32,000 nucleotides of DNA from Pseudomonas aeruginosa (GTDB taxonomy: Bacteria > Pseudomonadota > Gammaproteobacteria > Pseudomonadales > Pseudomonadaceae): the NCBI RefSeq assembly GCF_001457615.1, contig NZ_LN831024.1, positions 3,090,001-3,122,000 of the forward strand, given 5' to 3'. The translations under genes were made by a program, and so were the position numbers. The notes beneath the pieces were generated by a model. The model ran no database searches, was not told the DNA's origin, and saw only the letters and a list, made by a program, of their open reading frames with translations. Shown here in pieces: positions 1 through 9,209 of this stretch (positions are counted from its first letter, which is position 1; each line of letters begins with the position of its first letter).

Positions 1-2
1 CA

Positions 3-371
3 CGCAAGCTGGACTGGGGCGAGTTGCAGGAGCTGACCTGGGTGTTGCAGCAGCACCCCAGCCCGATGCGCGGGATCGTCAACCAGGCCTTCCACAATGC
101 GCGCATCGACCTGCCGAGCAGTATCGTCGAGACCACCTCGATCATGACCCTGCTCTCCCTGCTGCAACAGACCGACATGATCGGCATCACTCCACGCTCG
201 GTGATCGAGGACTACCCGGGCAAGCACCTGCTGGCGATCCTGCCGATCCAGCTGGAGCCGCGCCTGCCGCCCTACGGCCTGATCACCCGACGCAACCGGG
301 TCCACTCCTCGGCCATGCAGACCTTCATGGCCAGCGTACATGCCGAACAGGCGCGGCACCTGGCGAAGTGA
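3..371 (+). CDS. LysR-family transcriptional regulator, C-terminal part (5' end outside window)
   Basis: Frame open from base 3; protein ...MTLLSLLQQTDMIGITPRSVIEDYPGKHLLAILPIQ... resembles a LysR effector-binding domain C-terminus. Confidence 0.8.
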   Translation, partial: RKLDWGELQELTWVLQQHPSPMRGIVNQAFHNARIDLPSSIVETTSIMTLLSLLQQTDMIGITPRSVIEDYPGKHLLAILPIQLEPRLPPYGLITRRNRVHSSAMQTFMASVHAEQARHLAK

Positions 372-452
372 GCGGCACTAGCACAAATGAGCTAATAGCC
401 GCGAGCCGGCTGGACCTCTAACATCCTGCGGCATTTCAACGGAGTGAATGCC

Positions 453-929
453 ATGCCCTCGATCAAGCCCTTCGGTCTCGCCCTGCTCGTCCTCGGTCTC
501 AGCGCCTGCGCCTCCCTCGGTCAGTCGGGGAATCGCGACAACGAGGTCAAGGTCGCCGCGCAGAAGCTCATCGGCCAGCCCGCCGGCAAGGCCTTCGAAC
601 TGTTCGGCAAGCCCGACCAGGGCCTCGGCCCTTCGTCCTACGGTAGCGGCGGCTTCTACGCCTGGAACCGCGTGCGGACCCACATGGGGCCGGACAAGGT
701 CTTCATACAGACCGGCACCGAGTACGTCGGCCAGCGCGAGACCTGGGTCGGCGTCGGTGGCCAGGGGGTCGCCGGCATGGCGCCGGTGAGTAGCGAGGCG
801 GTCTATCGCAAGACCGGCTACTACGAGAACGAGACCATCCTCGACTATTTCTGCAGCATCACCCTGTACACCGACAGCCGGGACATCATCACCAACGCCA
901 GTGTGATCGACTGCCGGGACAGCCGCTGA
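453..929 (+). CDS. Putative outer-membrane lipoprotein of unknown function
   Basis: ATG at 453 (GTG at 444 also possible); signal peptide with lipobox LGLSAC. Confidence 0.8.
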   Translation: MPSIKPFGLALLVLGLSACASLGQSGNRDNEVKVAAQKLIGQPAGKAFELFGKPDQGLGPSSYGSGGFYAWNRVRTHMGPDKVFIQTGTEYVGQRETWVGVGGQGVAGMAPVSSEAVYRKTGYYENETILDYFCSITLYTDSRDIITNASVIDCRDSR

Positions 930-1045
930 CGGGGCCGCCGGGCCCCGGCCTTCCTTCTCGACGACGAACCCCCGACGCGGAAGCCCTGCGGATCATGGCG
1001 TTACGCTATCGTTTTTTATTTCCTTGAATCCTTGTTTTCATACCT

Positions 1046-1066
1046 CTTATTTCGTCTGGAAATAAG
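1046..1066. promoter_or_regulatory. Perfect 7-bp inverted repeat CTTATTT-cgtctgg-AAATAAG in an AT-rich region upstream of the binding-protein gene
   Basis: Direct reading; located about 160 bp before ATG 1228. Confidence 0.35.
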
Positions 1067-1227
1067 ATAGATCGATTCATTCTTTTCTCCCGACCCTTGG
1101 CCCCTGCCAAACTCCCTTCGCCACGGGATACCCCCGCGCCGACATGGCGGCATTCCCATCCGGAATGTCCGCCCCACATTGCAAGGCCCTGATCGTCGAT
1201 CGCGGCCGACAAGGAGCTGGAACTTTC

Positions 1228-2034
1228 ATGAAGAAACTCCCCGCCATCACCGCCCTCGCCCTCGCCCTGATCTCCGGCCTGGCCCAGGCCGACCGCCTGG
1301 AGGACATCCGCAAGGCCGGCGTATTGCGCGTCGCGTCCTTCGACAGCAACCCGCCGTTCGGCTTCGTCGACGCCAAGAGCAAGCAGATCGAAGGCCTCGA
1401 CGTCGACTATGCCAAGGCCCTGGCCGACAAGCTGGGCGTCCGGCTGCAAGTGCTGCCGACCAACCCGGCCAACCGCATCCCGCTGCTGACGGCGAACAAG
1501 GTCGACCTGGTCCTGGCCAACTTCACCATCACCCCGGAGCGTGCGCAGCAGGTGGACTTCAGCATCCCCTACTTCTCCTCCGGCCAGCAGTTCATCGTCA
1601 AGAAAGGCACCCTGACCTCGCCGGAAGTCCTCAACAAGTGGCGGGTCGGCGTGGACAAGGGCACGGTCAACGAAGGCGTGCTGCGCGAGAAGTTCCCCGG
1701 CGCCAAGGTCATCGCCTACGACGACACGCCCTTCGCTTTCACCGCCCTGCGCAACGGCCAGGTCCAGGCCATCACCCAGGACGGTCCGAAGCTGATCGGC
1801 CTGCTGGCCAACGTGCCCGACCGCGACAAGTACGAAGTGCCGCCCTTCACCATTTCCAACGACCTGATCGGCGTCGGTATTCCCAAGGGCGAGAAGGCCC
1901 TGACCGAGTTCGTCGACAAGAGCCTGCGCGAGCTGGAGCAGGACGGCCAGGCGCAGAAGATCTACGACACCTGGTTCGGTCCGCAGACCAAGACCCCGCT
2001 GGCGCGCCTGTACAAGATCGGCGACAAGAGCTGA
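1228..2034 (+). CDS. Amino-acid ABC transporter periplasmic substrate-binding protein
   Basis: Signal peptide MKKLPAITALALALISGLAQA; SBP_bac_3 motifs (GVLRVASFDSNPPFGFVD...GLDVDYAKALADKLG). Confidence 0.93.
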   Translation: MKKLPAITALALALISGLAQADRLEDIRKAGVLRVASFDSNPPFGFVDAKSKQIEGLDVDYAKALADKLGVRLQVLPTNPANRIPLLTANKVDLVLANFTITPERAQQVDFSIPYFSSGQQFIVKKGTLTSPEVLNKWRVGVDKGTVNEGVLREKFPGAKVIAYDDTPFAFTALRNGQVQAITQDGPKLIGLLANVPDRDKYEVPPFTISNDLIGVGIPKGEKALTEFVDKSLRELEQDGQAQKIYDTWFGPQTKTPLARLYKIGDKS

Positions 2035-2060
2035 GCGGCCCGCTTCGCCCGCACGACCCG

Positions 2061-2089
2061 CGCGCCTCACTTCGCTGAGGCGCGTTTTT
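2061..2089 (+). terminator. Rho-independent terminator-like hairpin between binding protein and first permease
   Basis: CGCGCCTCA-cttcgc-TGAGGCGCG followed by TTTTT. Confidence 0.75.
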
Positions 2090-2114
2090 CGTTCTACCCG
2101 ACGGAATCCCGCAC

Positions 2115-2831
2115 ATGTTCGGCGAACTTCTCGCCCCGCAGTACCTGCGCTGGTTGCTCGACGGCTTCCTGCTGACCCTCGGTCTTGCCCTGCTCAGTTG
2201 CCTGCTCGCCACCCTGATCGGCGCCCCCCTGGCCATCGCCCGGCTGTCGCGCCGGCGCCTGCTGTCCTGGCCGGCGCGCGCCTACCTGGCGCTGTTCCGC
2301 AATACCCCGCTGCTGGTGCAGCTGTTCTTCTGGTACTTCGGCGTTCCCGCGCTGCTGCCGGAGGCGCTGGTGAGCTGGCTGAACACGCCGCACGAGACGC
2401 CCTTGCTCGACTGGCCGTCCTTCGAGTTCCTCGCCGGTGCCTGGGGGCTGACCCTCTATACCTCGGCTTTCGTCGCCGAGGAGTTCCGCGCCGGCATCGC
2501 CTCGGTACGCCCCGAGCAGCGCGCCGCCGGCCTCGCCCTGGGGCTGACCCAGCGCCAGGTATGGCGCGTGGTGGTGCTGCCGCAGGCCCTGCGCACGGCT
2601 CTGCCGCCGCTGCTCGGGCAGTACATGAATGCGCTGAAGAACTCCTCGCTGGCGATGGCCATCGGCCTGGCCGAGCTGTCCTACGCTTCGCGCCAGGTGG
2701 AAACCGAGACCTTCAAGACCTTCCAGGCCTTCGGCATCGCCACCCTTCTCTACATCGGCGCCATCGCCCTGATCGAAGCCTTCGGCCAGGCGTTGCAGCA
2801 GACCCGCCGCTACCGCCAGGGAGGTGCGTGA
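2115..2831 (+). CDS. Amino-acid ABC transporter permease
   Basis: HisM-family topology; EAA-like motif EEFRAGIASVRPEQRAAGLALGLTQRQ. Confidence 0.92.
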   Translation: MFGELLAPQYLRWLLDGFLLTLGLALLSCLLATLIGAPLAIARLSRRRLLSWPARAYLALFRNTPLLVQLFFWYFGVPALLPEALVSWLNTPHETPLLDWPSFEFLAGAWGLTLYTSAFVAEEFRAGIASVRPEQRAAGLALGLTQRQVWRVVVLPQALRTALPPLLGQYMNALKNSSLAMAIGLAELSYASRQVETETFKTFQAFGIATLLYIGAIALIEAFGQALQQTRRYRQGGA

Positions 2832-2832
2832 G

Positions 2833-3510
2833 ATGGATTTCTCGGTCATCTCGGACAACCTGTCCTACCTGCTGCTCGGCGCCTACCCGGACGGCCCGCT
2901 CGGCGGAGCGGCGCTGACCCTGCTGCTGGCGTCGCTCTCCGGACTGGCTTCGGCGGTGCTCGGCCTGGTCCTCGGCGTGGCCCTCGCGGTGCTGCCCGGC
3001 AAGCCGCGCCTGCTGCTGGTGGCGCTGCTCGGCTTCTTCCGCGCGATCCCGGTGCTGATGCTGATCTTCTGGACCTACTTCCTGCTGCCGATCGTCTTCC
3101 ATGTCGACGTACCGGCGCTGGCCACCGTGGTCTGCGCGCTGTCGCTGATCGGCGGCGCCTACCTCGCCCACTCGGTGTACGCCGGCATCCACAGCCTCCC
3201 CGCCGGGCAGTGGGCGGCCGCCCGCGCGCTCGGACTGCGGCCGTGGCAGGTATTGCGCCTGGTGATCCTGCCGCAGGCGCTGCCGGTGATGCTGCCATCC
3301 TTCCTCAACCAGTGGGTGTCGCTGATCAAGGACACTTCCCTGGCCTACGTGATCGGCGTCGGCGAGCTGTCCTTCGTCGCCACCCAGGTGAGCAACCGGG
3401 TGATGGTCCACCCGACGGAGATCTTCCTGTTCGTCGCCCTGCTCTACTTCCTGCTCTGCACCAGCCTCGACCTGGCCGCCGCGTTCCTCGCCCGCCGCCG
3501 GCGGGCCTGA
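2833..3510 (+). CDS. Amino-acid ABC transporter permease
   Basis: Second HisM-family permease; YAGIHSLPAGQWAAARALGLRPWQVLRLVILPQAL; starts directly after the preceding stop. Confidence 0.92.
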   Translation: MDFSVISDNLSYLLLGAYPDGPLGGAALTLLLASLSGLASAVLGLVLGVALAVLPGKPRLLLVALLGFFRAIPVLMLIFWTYFLLPIVFHVDVPALATVVCALSLIGGAYLAHSVYAGIHSLPAGQWAAARALGLRPWQVLRLVILPQALPVMLPSFLNQWVSLIKDTSLAYVIGVGELSFVATQVSNRVMVHPTEIFLFVALLYFLLCTSLDLAAAFLARRRRA

Positions 3511-3525
3511 GCGTCGGCCGGTGGC

Positions 3526-4410
3526 TCAGGCGTCGCCGCGCGCCCGCGCGTAGTCGACCAGGTCGCCGAGGTAATGCGGCGAGGCGCGCAGGACGCCATC
3601 GTCCCAGCCGTAGAGCACACCCAGCGCCGACACCTCCATGGCCCACCAGCCCCAGGCGTAGGGGCCGGTCAGGCGGCGGGTCTTCTTCTGCGCCTTGGGG
3701 GAAAGCTGGAAGAACTCCCGGTACTGGCTTTGCAGGTAAGGCGCCAGCGCCTGGGCGTCGCTGCCGTCCGCCTCTTCGAAGAACGCCCGCAACTGCCCGA
3801 ACGGCCGTGGATGGAAGGTTTCCTCGCTGGCGGAAGTCAGGCCGAGGGCGGCCGCGCCGAGATAGTCGAGCAGGCGGTCGGTATCGAACTGCAGGACCTC
3901 CTCGACCAGCGCCGGGATGAGCTCCTGGGCATCGAGCAGCACGCCCATGGCGAGCAGTTGCAGCGCGAACGGATACTGGCCTGTGCGCGGCGCCAGGGCC
4001 GGCGCCGTCTCGAAGTCGACCTCGCCCTGCTCGCGCAGGCTGTCGCGGGCGGCGCCGAGCAGCCGGCTGTAGTCCAGCCACAGCGCGGCGGTCTCCAGGT
4101 AGATGGAGCGCAGTTCGGCGCCGGCCAGGCCCCGGTCGATGGCCTTGAGCAGCAGCGTACTGGCGTTTTCCGCGGCCTGGCCCCAGGCCCAGGCGTTTTC
4201 CAGGGCTGCGTGCCCTTGCGCGGCGAACGGCTGGCGATAGCCGTGGCTCCGGGAAAACCTGTCGAGCGCGGCGATCAGTTCGCGCCAGTCGGCTTTCCAG
4301 TCGGCGAGGTCGATGTTCCTTCGCGGCGCCCGGTCGGTGCGGGCCAGGTTGCGCCATAGCGGCAGGGCTTCGGCGAGTCGGTTGTCCAGGGTGAGGGGGA
4401 ATGCGTGCAT
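3526..4410 (-). CDS. DUF1911/DUF1910 (PoNi-like) protein
   Basis: 294-aa ORF; C-terminal helical region ending ...YAWGWWAMEVSALGVLYGWDD..., as I recall for the DUF1911 family (structural-genomics target PA2201). Confidence 0.65.
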   Translation of the reverse strand: MHAFPLTLDNRLAEALPLWRNLARTDRAPRRNIDLADWKADWRELIAALDRFSRSHGYRQPFAAQGHAALENAWAWGQAAENASTLLLKAIDRGLAGAELRSIYLETAALWLDYSRLLGAARDSLREQGEVDFETAPALAPRTGQYPFALQLLAMGVLLDAQELIPALVEEVLQFDTDRLLDYLGAAALGLTSASEETFHPRPFGQLRAFFEEADGSDAQALAPYLQSQYREFFQLSPKAQKKTRRLTGPYAWGWWAMEVSALGVLYGWDDGVLRASPHYLGDLVDYARARGDA

Positions 4411-4534
4411 GGCGGCCTGTGGTGATCGCGGCCGTTTCCGGCCGTTCCGTGCGATCCGGAGTGCGGCCGTCCAGGCCGCATCCGGTATGGACGGCCGATG
4501 CTAGCGCAGCGTGGTGCCCCGCGGAAGGTCCGTT

Positions 4535-6130
4535 CTAGCGGTCCGCCGGCTGGTTCCGGTAGTAGTCGAGGAAGGCCTCCAGCGGCAGTGCCTTGCCGAA
4601 ATGCCAGCCCTGGCCGAGGGCCTCGGGCGAGCGGCGCAGCACGTGGTCGGCCTGGGCCTGTGTCTCGATCCCTTCGACGACCACGCCGATCTCCAGGTGC
4701 TCGGCCATCGAGCAGAGCTTGTCGAAGATCAGTTCGACGGCGCTGCTGTCGCCGATGGACTGAGTGAAGACCTTGTCGATCTTGATCGCGTCTACCGGCA
4801 GGTTGGCCAGGTAGACCAGGTTCGAATGACCGGTGCCGAAATCGTCCACGTAGATCTTCAGGCCGAGTTCGCGCAGGCGGTTCATCCCGGCCAGCAGGCA
4901 GCCCTGGGCCTCGGTGGTGCGCTCGGTCAGTTCCAGCGCGACCTGTTCCGGGCGCACGCTTTCCCTGGCCATCTGGCGCATGGCGAAATCGATGAAACCG
5001 GGGTCGGCGATGTCCTTGCCGGTGACGTTGACGCTGACGTAGAAGCTCCGCTGCTCCCTCAGCAACGGCCCGAGCTGCTTCAGGGCGCGGCGGAAGACGA
5101 AACGGGTCAGCAGTTCGATGTCGCCGCTCTCCTCCAGGGCGCCGATGAAGACATCCGGGGAAACCCGCCCCAGGCTGCTATCGGTCCAGCGCGCCAGGGC
5201 CTCGACCCCGGCGCAGCGGCCGCTGGCCAGGCGCACGATGGGCTGGTAGTGCACCTCCAGGGCCTCGCGCTTCAACGCGCGCAGCAGCCTGGCCGGCAGT
5301 TTTTCGTCGTTGAGGAAGCCGAACAGGTAGCTGAGCAGCAGCATGACGCCGAACAACAGCCCGCCGCCGATCGCCGCGGCCATGGCCGCGCGTCCGGGCT
5401 CGGTGCCAAGCAGGCCGCGTTCGCGGAGAAGGGAGACCACGCAGATGTCCTGCGTCGGGTCGCACAGGCTTATCTGCCGGGCACCGATGAAGCGCGGCCA
5501 GCCGGGCCGGTCGAGCGCCTCGAGGGGCTGGTCGTCGTCCCAGGCGAAACGGTGGTAGATGTAGTCGCCGCCACTGCTGACGGCCGCCGCCGAGATGCCC
5601 GGGTCCGGGTGGTCGACATCGAAATAGGCGTGCGGGGCAATGAATACGACGGCGTTGCCGCGACTGACCAGTCCGGTGGGCAACGCCTGCAACGGCAGGG
5701 GCATGCCCTCCGTCCAGAAGCGGGTGCCGGCGGCATCTACCCGGTCGGGCGCGGACAATCCCCAGGGCGCGCGCAGCCGGCCCCGGACGCCCGTGCACAT
5801 GACCCGGTCGCCGCTGATCCTGCCAACGTCGCTCATGAAGCGCGACTCGAGCACGATGGAACGCAGCATTTCCAGGTCCTGGTCGCTGCAGGCCGGCGCG
5901 CTGCCGGCGTTCATCTCGCGGAGCATCTGGTCCGCCGCGGAGGAAATCTCCAGTGCCCGCTCCAGCGCCCTCTCGGTGTACGAGCGCAGGTGCGCGCCGT
6001 CGTGCTGGCGATCCAGTTCGTTGATGACGAAGATCCCACAGACACCGCCCACCAGGGTGGTGGTGAGCAGTATCGGCAGGATGCGTCGCCAGTTGATCCG
6101 GCCTTCTGCAGCCGTTCCACGCTCGGACAT
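4535..6130 (-). CDS. Membrane-anchored CSS-domain cyclic-di-GMP phosphodiesterase (EAL domain)
   Basis: N-terminal TM, periplasmic CSS-like region, TM near LLLSYLFGF, and an EAL core (GVEALARW, YVSVNVTGKDIA, ELTERT, DDFGTGHSN, DKVFTQSIG, VEGIETQAQ). Confidence 0.93.
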   Translation of the reverse strand: MSERGTAAEGRINWRRILPILLTTTLVGGVCGIFVINELDRQHDGAHLRSYTERALERALEISSAADQMLREMNAGSAPACSDQDLEMLRSIVLESRFMSDVGRISGDRVMCTGVRGRLRAPWGLSAPDRVDAAGTRFWTEGMPLPLQALPTGLVSRGNAVVFIAPHAYFDVDHPDPGISAAAVSSGGDYIYHRFAWDDDQPLEALDRPGWPRFIGARQISLCDPTQDICVVSLLRERGLLGTEPGRAAMAAAIGGGLLFGVMLLLSYLFGFLNDEKLPARLLRALKREALEVHYQPIVRLASGRCAGVEALARWTDSSLGRVSPDVFIGALEESGDIELLTRFVFRRALKQLGPLLREQRSFYVSVNVTGKDIADPGFIDFAMRQMARESVRPEQVALELTERTTEAQGCLLAGMNRLRELGLKIYVDDFGTGHSNLVYLANLPVDAIKIDKVFTQSIGDSSAVELIFDKLCSMAEHLEIGVVVEGIETQAQADHVLRRSPEALGQGWHFGKALPLEAFLDYYRNQPADR

Positions 6131-6217
6131 ACCTTCTTCCGCCTAATGAATCCATGGAAAGCACGCCAGATTGCCGAACAGCTTCACGGGCCCTGCCGGG
6201 CCGTGCGCAGAACCTTT

Positions 6218-7093
6218 TCAGATTTGTCCCGATCGTGACAACGCTACCTTCGCCAGCGCCGTCCAGTCCGATTCCCCGTCGCCATGGGCGATGGCTTCGA
6301 GCAACACGTCGTGCAACAGGCTGGCCAGCGGCAGCGGCACGTTGTGGCGCTTGCCGGCGGACAGCGCCAGGTCGACATCCTTCAACCCGAGGACCAGGCG
6401 GAACCTGGCCGGGGTGAAACGCTGCTCGACGATCTGCGGGCCGTAGTTGCGATAGACAGGCGCATCGAAAAGCGTCGAGGACATGAGCTCCATGAACCGG
6501 CCGGGCTCGACGCCCAGGCGCTTCACCAGAGCGACGCTTTCGCCCATGCTTTCGATGGCGCTGGCGATCATGAAGTTACCAGAGATCTTCACCGCCATTG
6601 CCCCGCGCGGGTCTTTTCCGAAAAACCATGTCTTCTGTCCCATAATTTCCAGCAGCGCCTTGACTTGCTCGATGGCCTCCTCCGGACCGCCGACGACGAT
6701 GTTCAGCTTGCCGGCCTCCGCCACGTCGGTGCGGCCGAACACCGGCGCGGCGACGAACGCGAGGCCCTGGCGCTGGTGCGCCTGGTCGAGCGCCTCGACG
6801 CAATCGAGCGACAGGGTCGACATGCTCAGGTGGATGAGACCCGGCCTCGCCCGTTCGAGCGCGCCGCTGTCGAGCAGCACGCCGCGAATCGCCTGGTCGT
6901 CCGCCAGCATGCTGATGACCACGTCGAGGCCGAACAGCTCGCCGACCTCCTCCGCCCTGGCAGCGCCCAGCGCCACCAGGGGCTCGCAGGCCGCCGCGGA
7001 ACGGTTCCACACCGTCACTTCGAGCCCCGCCTGCACCAGGCGGGTGGCCATGGCGGCGCCCATGCCGCCCAGGCCCAGAAATCCGACTTTCAT
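6218..7093 (-). CDS. 3-hydroxyisobutyrate dehydrogenase-like NAD(P)-dependent oxidoreductase
   Basis: Rossmann motif GFLGLGGMGAAMA; conserved Lys-Asn region KISGNFMIA. Confidence 0.9.
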   Translation of the reverse strand: MKVGFLGLGGMGAAMATRLVQAGLEVTVWNRSAAACEPLVALGAARAEEVGELFGLDVVISMLADDQAIRGVLLDSGALERARPGLIHLSMSTLSLDCVEALDQAHQRQGLAFVAAPVFGRTDVAEAGKLNIVVGGPEEAIEQVKALLEIMGQKTWFFGKDPRGAMAVKISGNFMIASAIESMGESVALVKRLGVEPGRFMELMSSTLFDAPVYRNYGPQIVEQRFTPARFRLVLGLKDVDLALSAGKRHNVPLPLASLLHDVLLEAIAHGDGESDWTALAKVALSRSGQI

Positions 7094-7098
7094 CCGTT

Positions 7099-7443
7099 TC
7101 ACTCCTCGTGGGGTCTTGTAGGTTCCGGATCTACCGGAGACAGGCTGGCCGCTGGCAGTTCCTCGAGGAGGAACACCTGGCGGTCCGCCAGGAGATCGGC
7201 GACGGCATCGGCCATCGCCCTGTAGTGCGGCATCCGTCGGTGCCGCTCGATGGCGTCGCGGTCGGCCCAGCGCTCGACGAAGACGAAGCGCCCGGCCTCG
7301 TCGAGGCTCCGGTGCAGGACATAGGACAGGCAGCCGTCCTCGGCCCGCGACGGCTGCACGCAGGCCAGCAGCAGCCGCTCGACCTCCGCCGCCCTGCCCT
7401 CGCGCGCCTGCAACAGCGCTACCACACGGACCGCCTGGTTCAT
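7099..7443 (-). CDS. Antibiotic biosynthesis monooxygenase (ABM/YgiN-like) domain protein
   Basis: 114 aa; ...SRAEDGCLSYVLHRSLDEAGRFVFVERWADRDAIERH... Confidence 0.85.
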   Translation of the reverse strand: MNQAVRVVALLQAREGRAAEVERLLLACVQPSRAEDGCLSYVLHRSLDEAGRFVFVERWADRDAIERHRRMPHYRAMADAVADLLADRQVFLLEELPAASLSPVDPEPTRPHEE

Positions 7444-8477
7444 GCGTCGGCTCCGACGCGCACCACCAGCTTGCCGAAATTGCGTCCCTGGAGCAGGCCG
7501 AAGAAGGCCTCGGGGGCATTCTCCAGGCCGTCGACCCGCTCTTCGCGGTACTGGATGAGGCCGTCGGCGAACCACTTCGACATGTCGCGCTGGAATTCAT
7601 CGTAGCGATGGCCGTAGTCGTCGAAGATGATGAAGCCCTGCACCTTGATGCGCTTGCGCAGGATCGTGCCCATCAGCGCCGGCAAGCGGTCCGGCCCGGG
7701 TGGCAGCTCGGTGTCGTTGTAGTGGGCGACGATGCCGCAGACCGGGATCCGGGCCTTGGCGTTGAGCAGCGGGAAGACGGCGTCGAAGACCTTGCCGCCG
7801 ACGTTCTCGTAATAGATGTCGATGCCGTCCGGGCAGGCCTCGGCCAGTCGTTCGGCGAAGTCCGCGGCATGGTGGTCGAGGCAGGCATCGAAGCCGAGCA
7901 CCTGCACGGCGTGGCGGCATTTTTCCGCACCGCCGGCGACGCCGACCACCCGGCAGCCCTTGAGCTTGCCGATCTGTCCGACGGTGGCGCCGACCGGCCC
8001 GGTGGCGGCGGCCACCACCAGGGTCTCGCCGGCCTGGGGCTTGCCGATGTCGAGCAGGCCCATGTAGGCGGTGAAGCCGGGCATGCCGAGCAGGCCCAGG
8101 GCGTAGGACGGATGCTCCGGCGACTCGCCCAGGCGCGCCAGGCCGCTGCCGTCGGATAGCGCGTAGTCCTGCCAGCCGTTGGCCGAGAGTACCCAGTCGC
8201 CGACCTTGAACCCGGGATGGTTCGAGGCTTCCACCCGGCTGACCGTGCCGCCGACCATGACCGCGCCGAGTTCCACCGGCGGCGCGTAGGACGGCGCGTC
8301 GCTCATCCGTCCGCGCATGTAGGGATCGAGCGACAGGTAGACGGTGCGCAGCAGCACCTGGCCCGCGCCGGGCTCAGGAAGCGGAACCTGCTCGATGCGG
8401 AAGTTATCCCGGGTCGGGGCGCCGTGGGGGCGCGAGGCGAGGACGATGCGGCGGTTGACCTGCGTGGATTGGGACAT
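7440..8477 (-). CDS. NADP-dependent zinc-independent oxidoreductase (CurA/leukotriene B4 12-hydroxydehydrogenase-like MDR)
   Basis: 345 aa; LSLDPYMRGRM, GMPGFTAYMGLLDIG, AATGPVGATVGQIGKLKG; 4-bp overlap with the downstream ABM gene. Confidence 0.93.
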   Translation of the reverse strand: MSQSTQVNRRIVLASRPHGAPTRDNFRIEQVPLPEPGAGQVLLRTVYLSLDPYMRGRMSDAPSYAPPVELGAVMVGGTVSRVEASNHPGFKVGDWVLSANGWQDYALSDGSGLARLGESPEHPSYALGLLGMPGFTAYMGLLDIGKPQAGETLVVAAATGPVGATVGQIGKLKGCRVVGVAGGAEKCRHAVQVLGFDACLDHHAADFAERLAEACPDGIDIYYENVGGKVFDAVFPLLNAKARIPVCGIVAHYNDTELPPGPDRLPALMGTILRKRIKVQGFIIFDDYGHRYDEFQRDMSKWFADGLIQYREERVDGLENAPEAFFGLLQGRNFGKLVVRVGADA

Positions 8478-8532
8478 TTCCAGACTCCTCTGTCTGACGA
8501 ATGTGGCGAACGGCTCATACCGTGCGCCGGGC

Positions 8533-8546
8533 GAATTAGACCAGTC
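8533..8546. promoter_or_regulatory. Putative TetR-family operator, copy 1 (GAATTAGACCAGTC)
   Basis: 14-bp exact match to the copy at 9210-9223, upstream of the MDR oxidoreductase operon. Confidence 0.6.
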
Positions 8547-8565
8547 AACTACTGACGGGTCGAAA

Positions 8566-8595
8566 AAATACCCGCCTCTCGCGGGGCGGGTATTT
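8566..8595 (-). terminator. Rho-independent terminator downstream of the TetR-family gene
   Basis: AAATACCCGCCtc-tcgc-ggGGCGGGTATTT stem, with an A-run on + (T-run on -) beyond it. Confidence 0.75.
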
Positions 8596-8607
8596 CCTGG
8601 CGGTACC

Positions 8608-9201
8608 TCAGATTTCCAACAGGCTGCGGGTGGTCTGCATGGCTGTCTCCAGCGGTCCCGGGCTGCGGTGCAGCTTGCTCAGCAGGCTCGCGCCGAGCCA
8701 CAACTGGTACAGCGCGCTGGCCATGTGCCGGGCATCGCAGGGCGCGAGGGAGCCGTCGTCGTGGCCCTGCCCGAGGCAGCCGACCAGGCGTTCGATGATC
8801 CCGTCGGAGCCGTCGCGCAGGGTGATGCGCATGCTTTCCGAAAGGTCCGCGACCTCGGCGCTGAGCTTGACCACCAGGCAGCGCTGCTCGTCGCAGGGCG
8901 GGCAGGCGTTGTCCAGCCACTTCTGCCAGTAGCTCATCAGTCGTTCGCGGGCATTCAGCCCTGGCGCGGAGAAGCGTTGGTCCATGTCCGCCAGGTAGAC
9001 GCGGAAGTAGTCCTCCAGCAGGGCCTGGCCGAACTGTTCCTTGGATTTGAAGTAATGGTAGAACGAGCCCTTGGGAACGCCCGCGGTCTGCAGGATTTCG
9101 TTGAGGCCGACTCCGGAGAAGCCTTTGACCGCCATGATCCGGTATCCGGTATCGAGCAGATGCTGGCGGGTGTCGTCGTAGCTGGTTTTCATGGGGCGCA
9201 C
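8608..9201 (-). CDS. TetR/AcrR-family transcriptional regulator
   Basis: HTH region GYRIMAVKGFSGVGLNEILQTAGVPKGSFYHYFKSKEQFGQALL. Confidence 0.93.
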   Translation of the reverse strand: MRPMKTSYDDTRQHLLDTGYRIMAVKGFSGVGLNEILQTAGVPKGSFYHYFKSKEQFGQALLEDYFRVYLADMDQRFSAPGLNARERLMSYWQKWLDNACPPCDEQRCLVVKLSAEVADLSESMRITLRDGSDGIIERLVGCLGQGHDDGSLAPCDARHMASALYQLWLGASLLSKLHRSPGPLETAMQTTRSLLEI

Positions 9202-9209
9202 GTTAGCTT

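Noticed and set aside
1006-2070. 354-aa minus-strand ORF opposite the binding-protein gene
   Set aside because: Antisense to a clear SBP_bac_3 gene with a signal peptide; no recognisable domain.
4511-6238. 575-aa plus-strand ORF opposite the EAL protein
   Set aside because: Antisense artefact; the minus strand encodes conserved EAL catalytic motifs.
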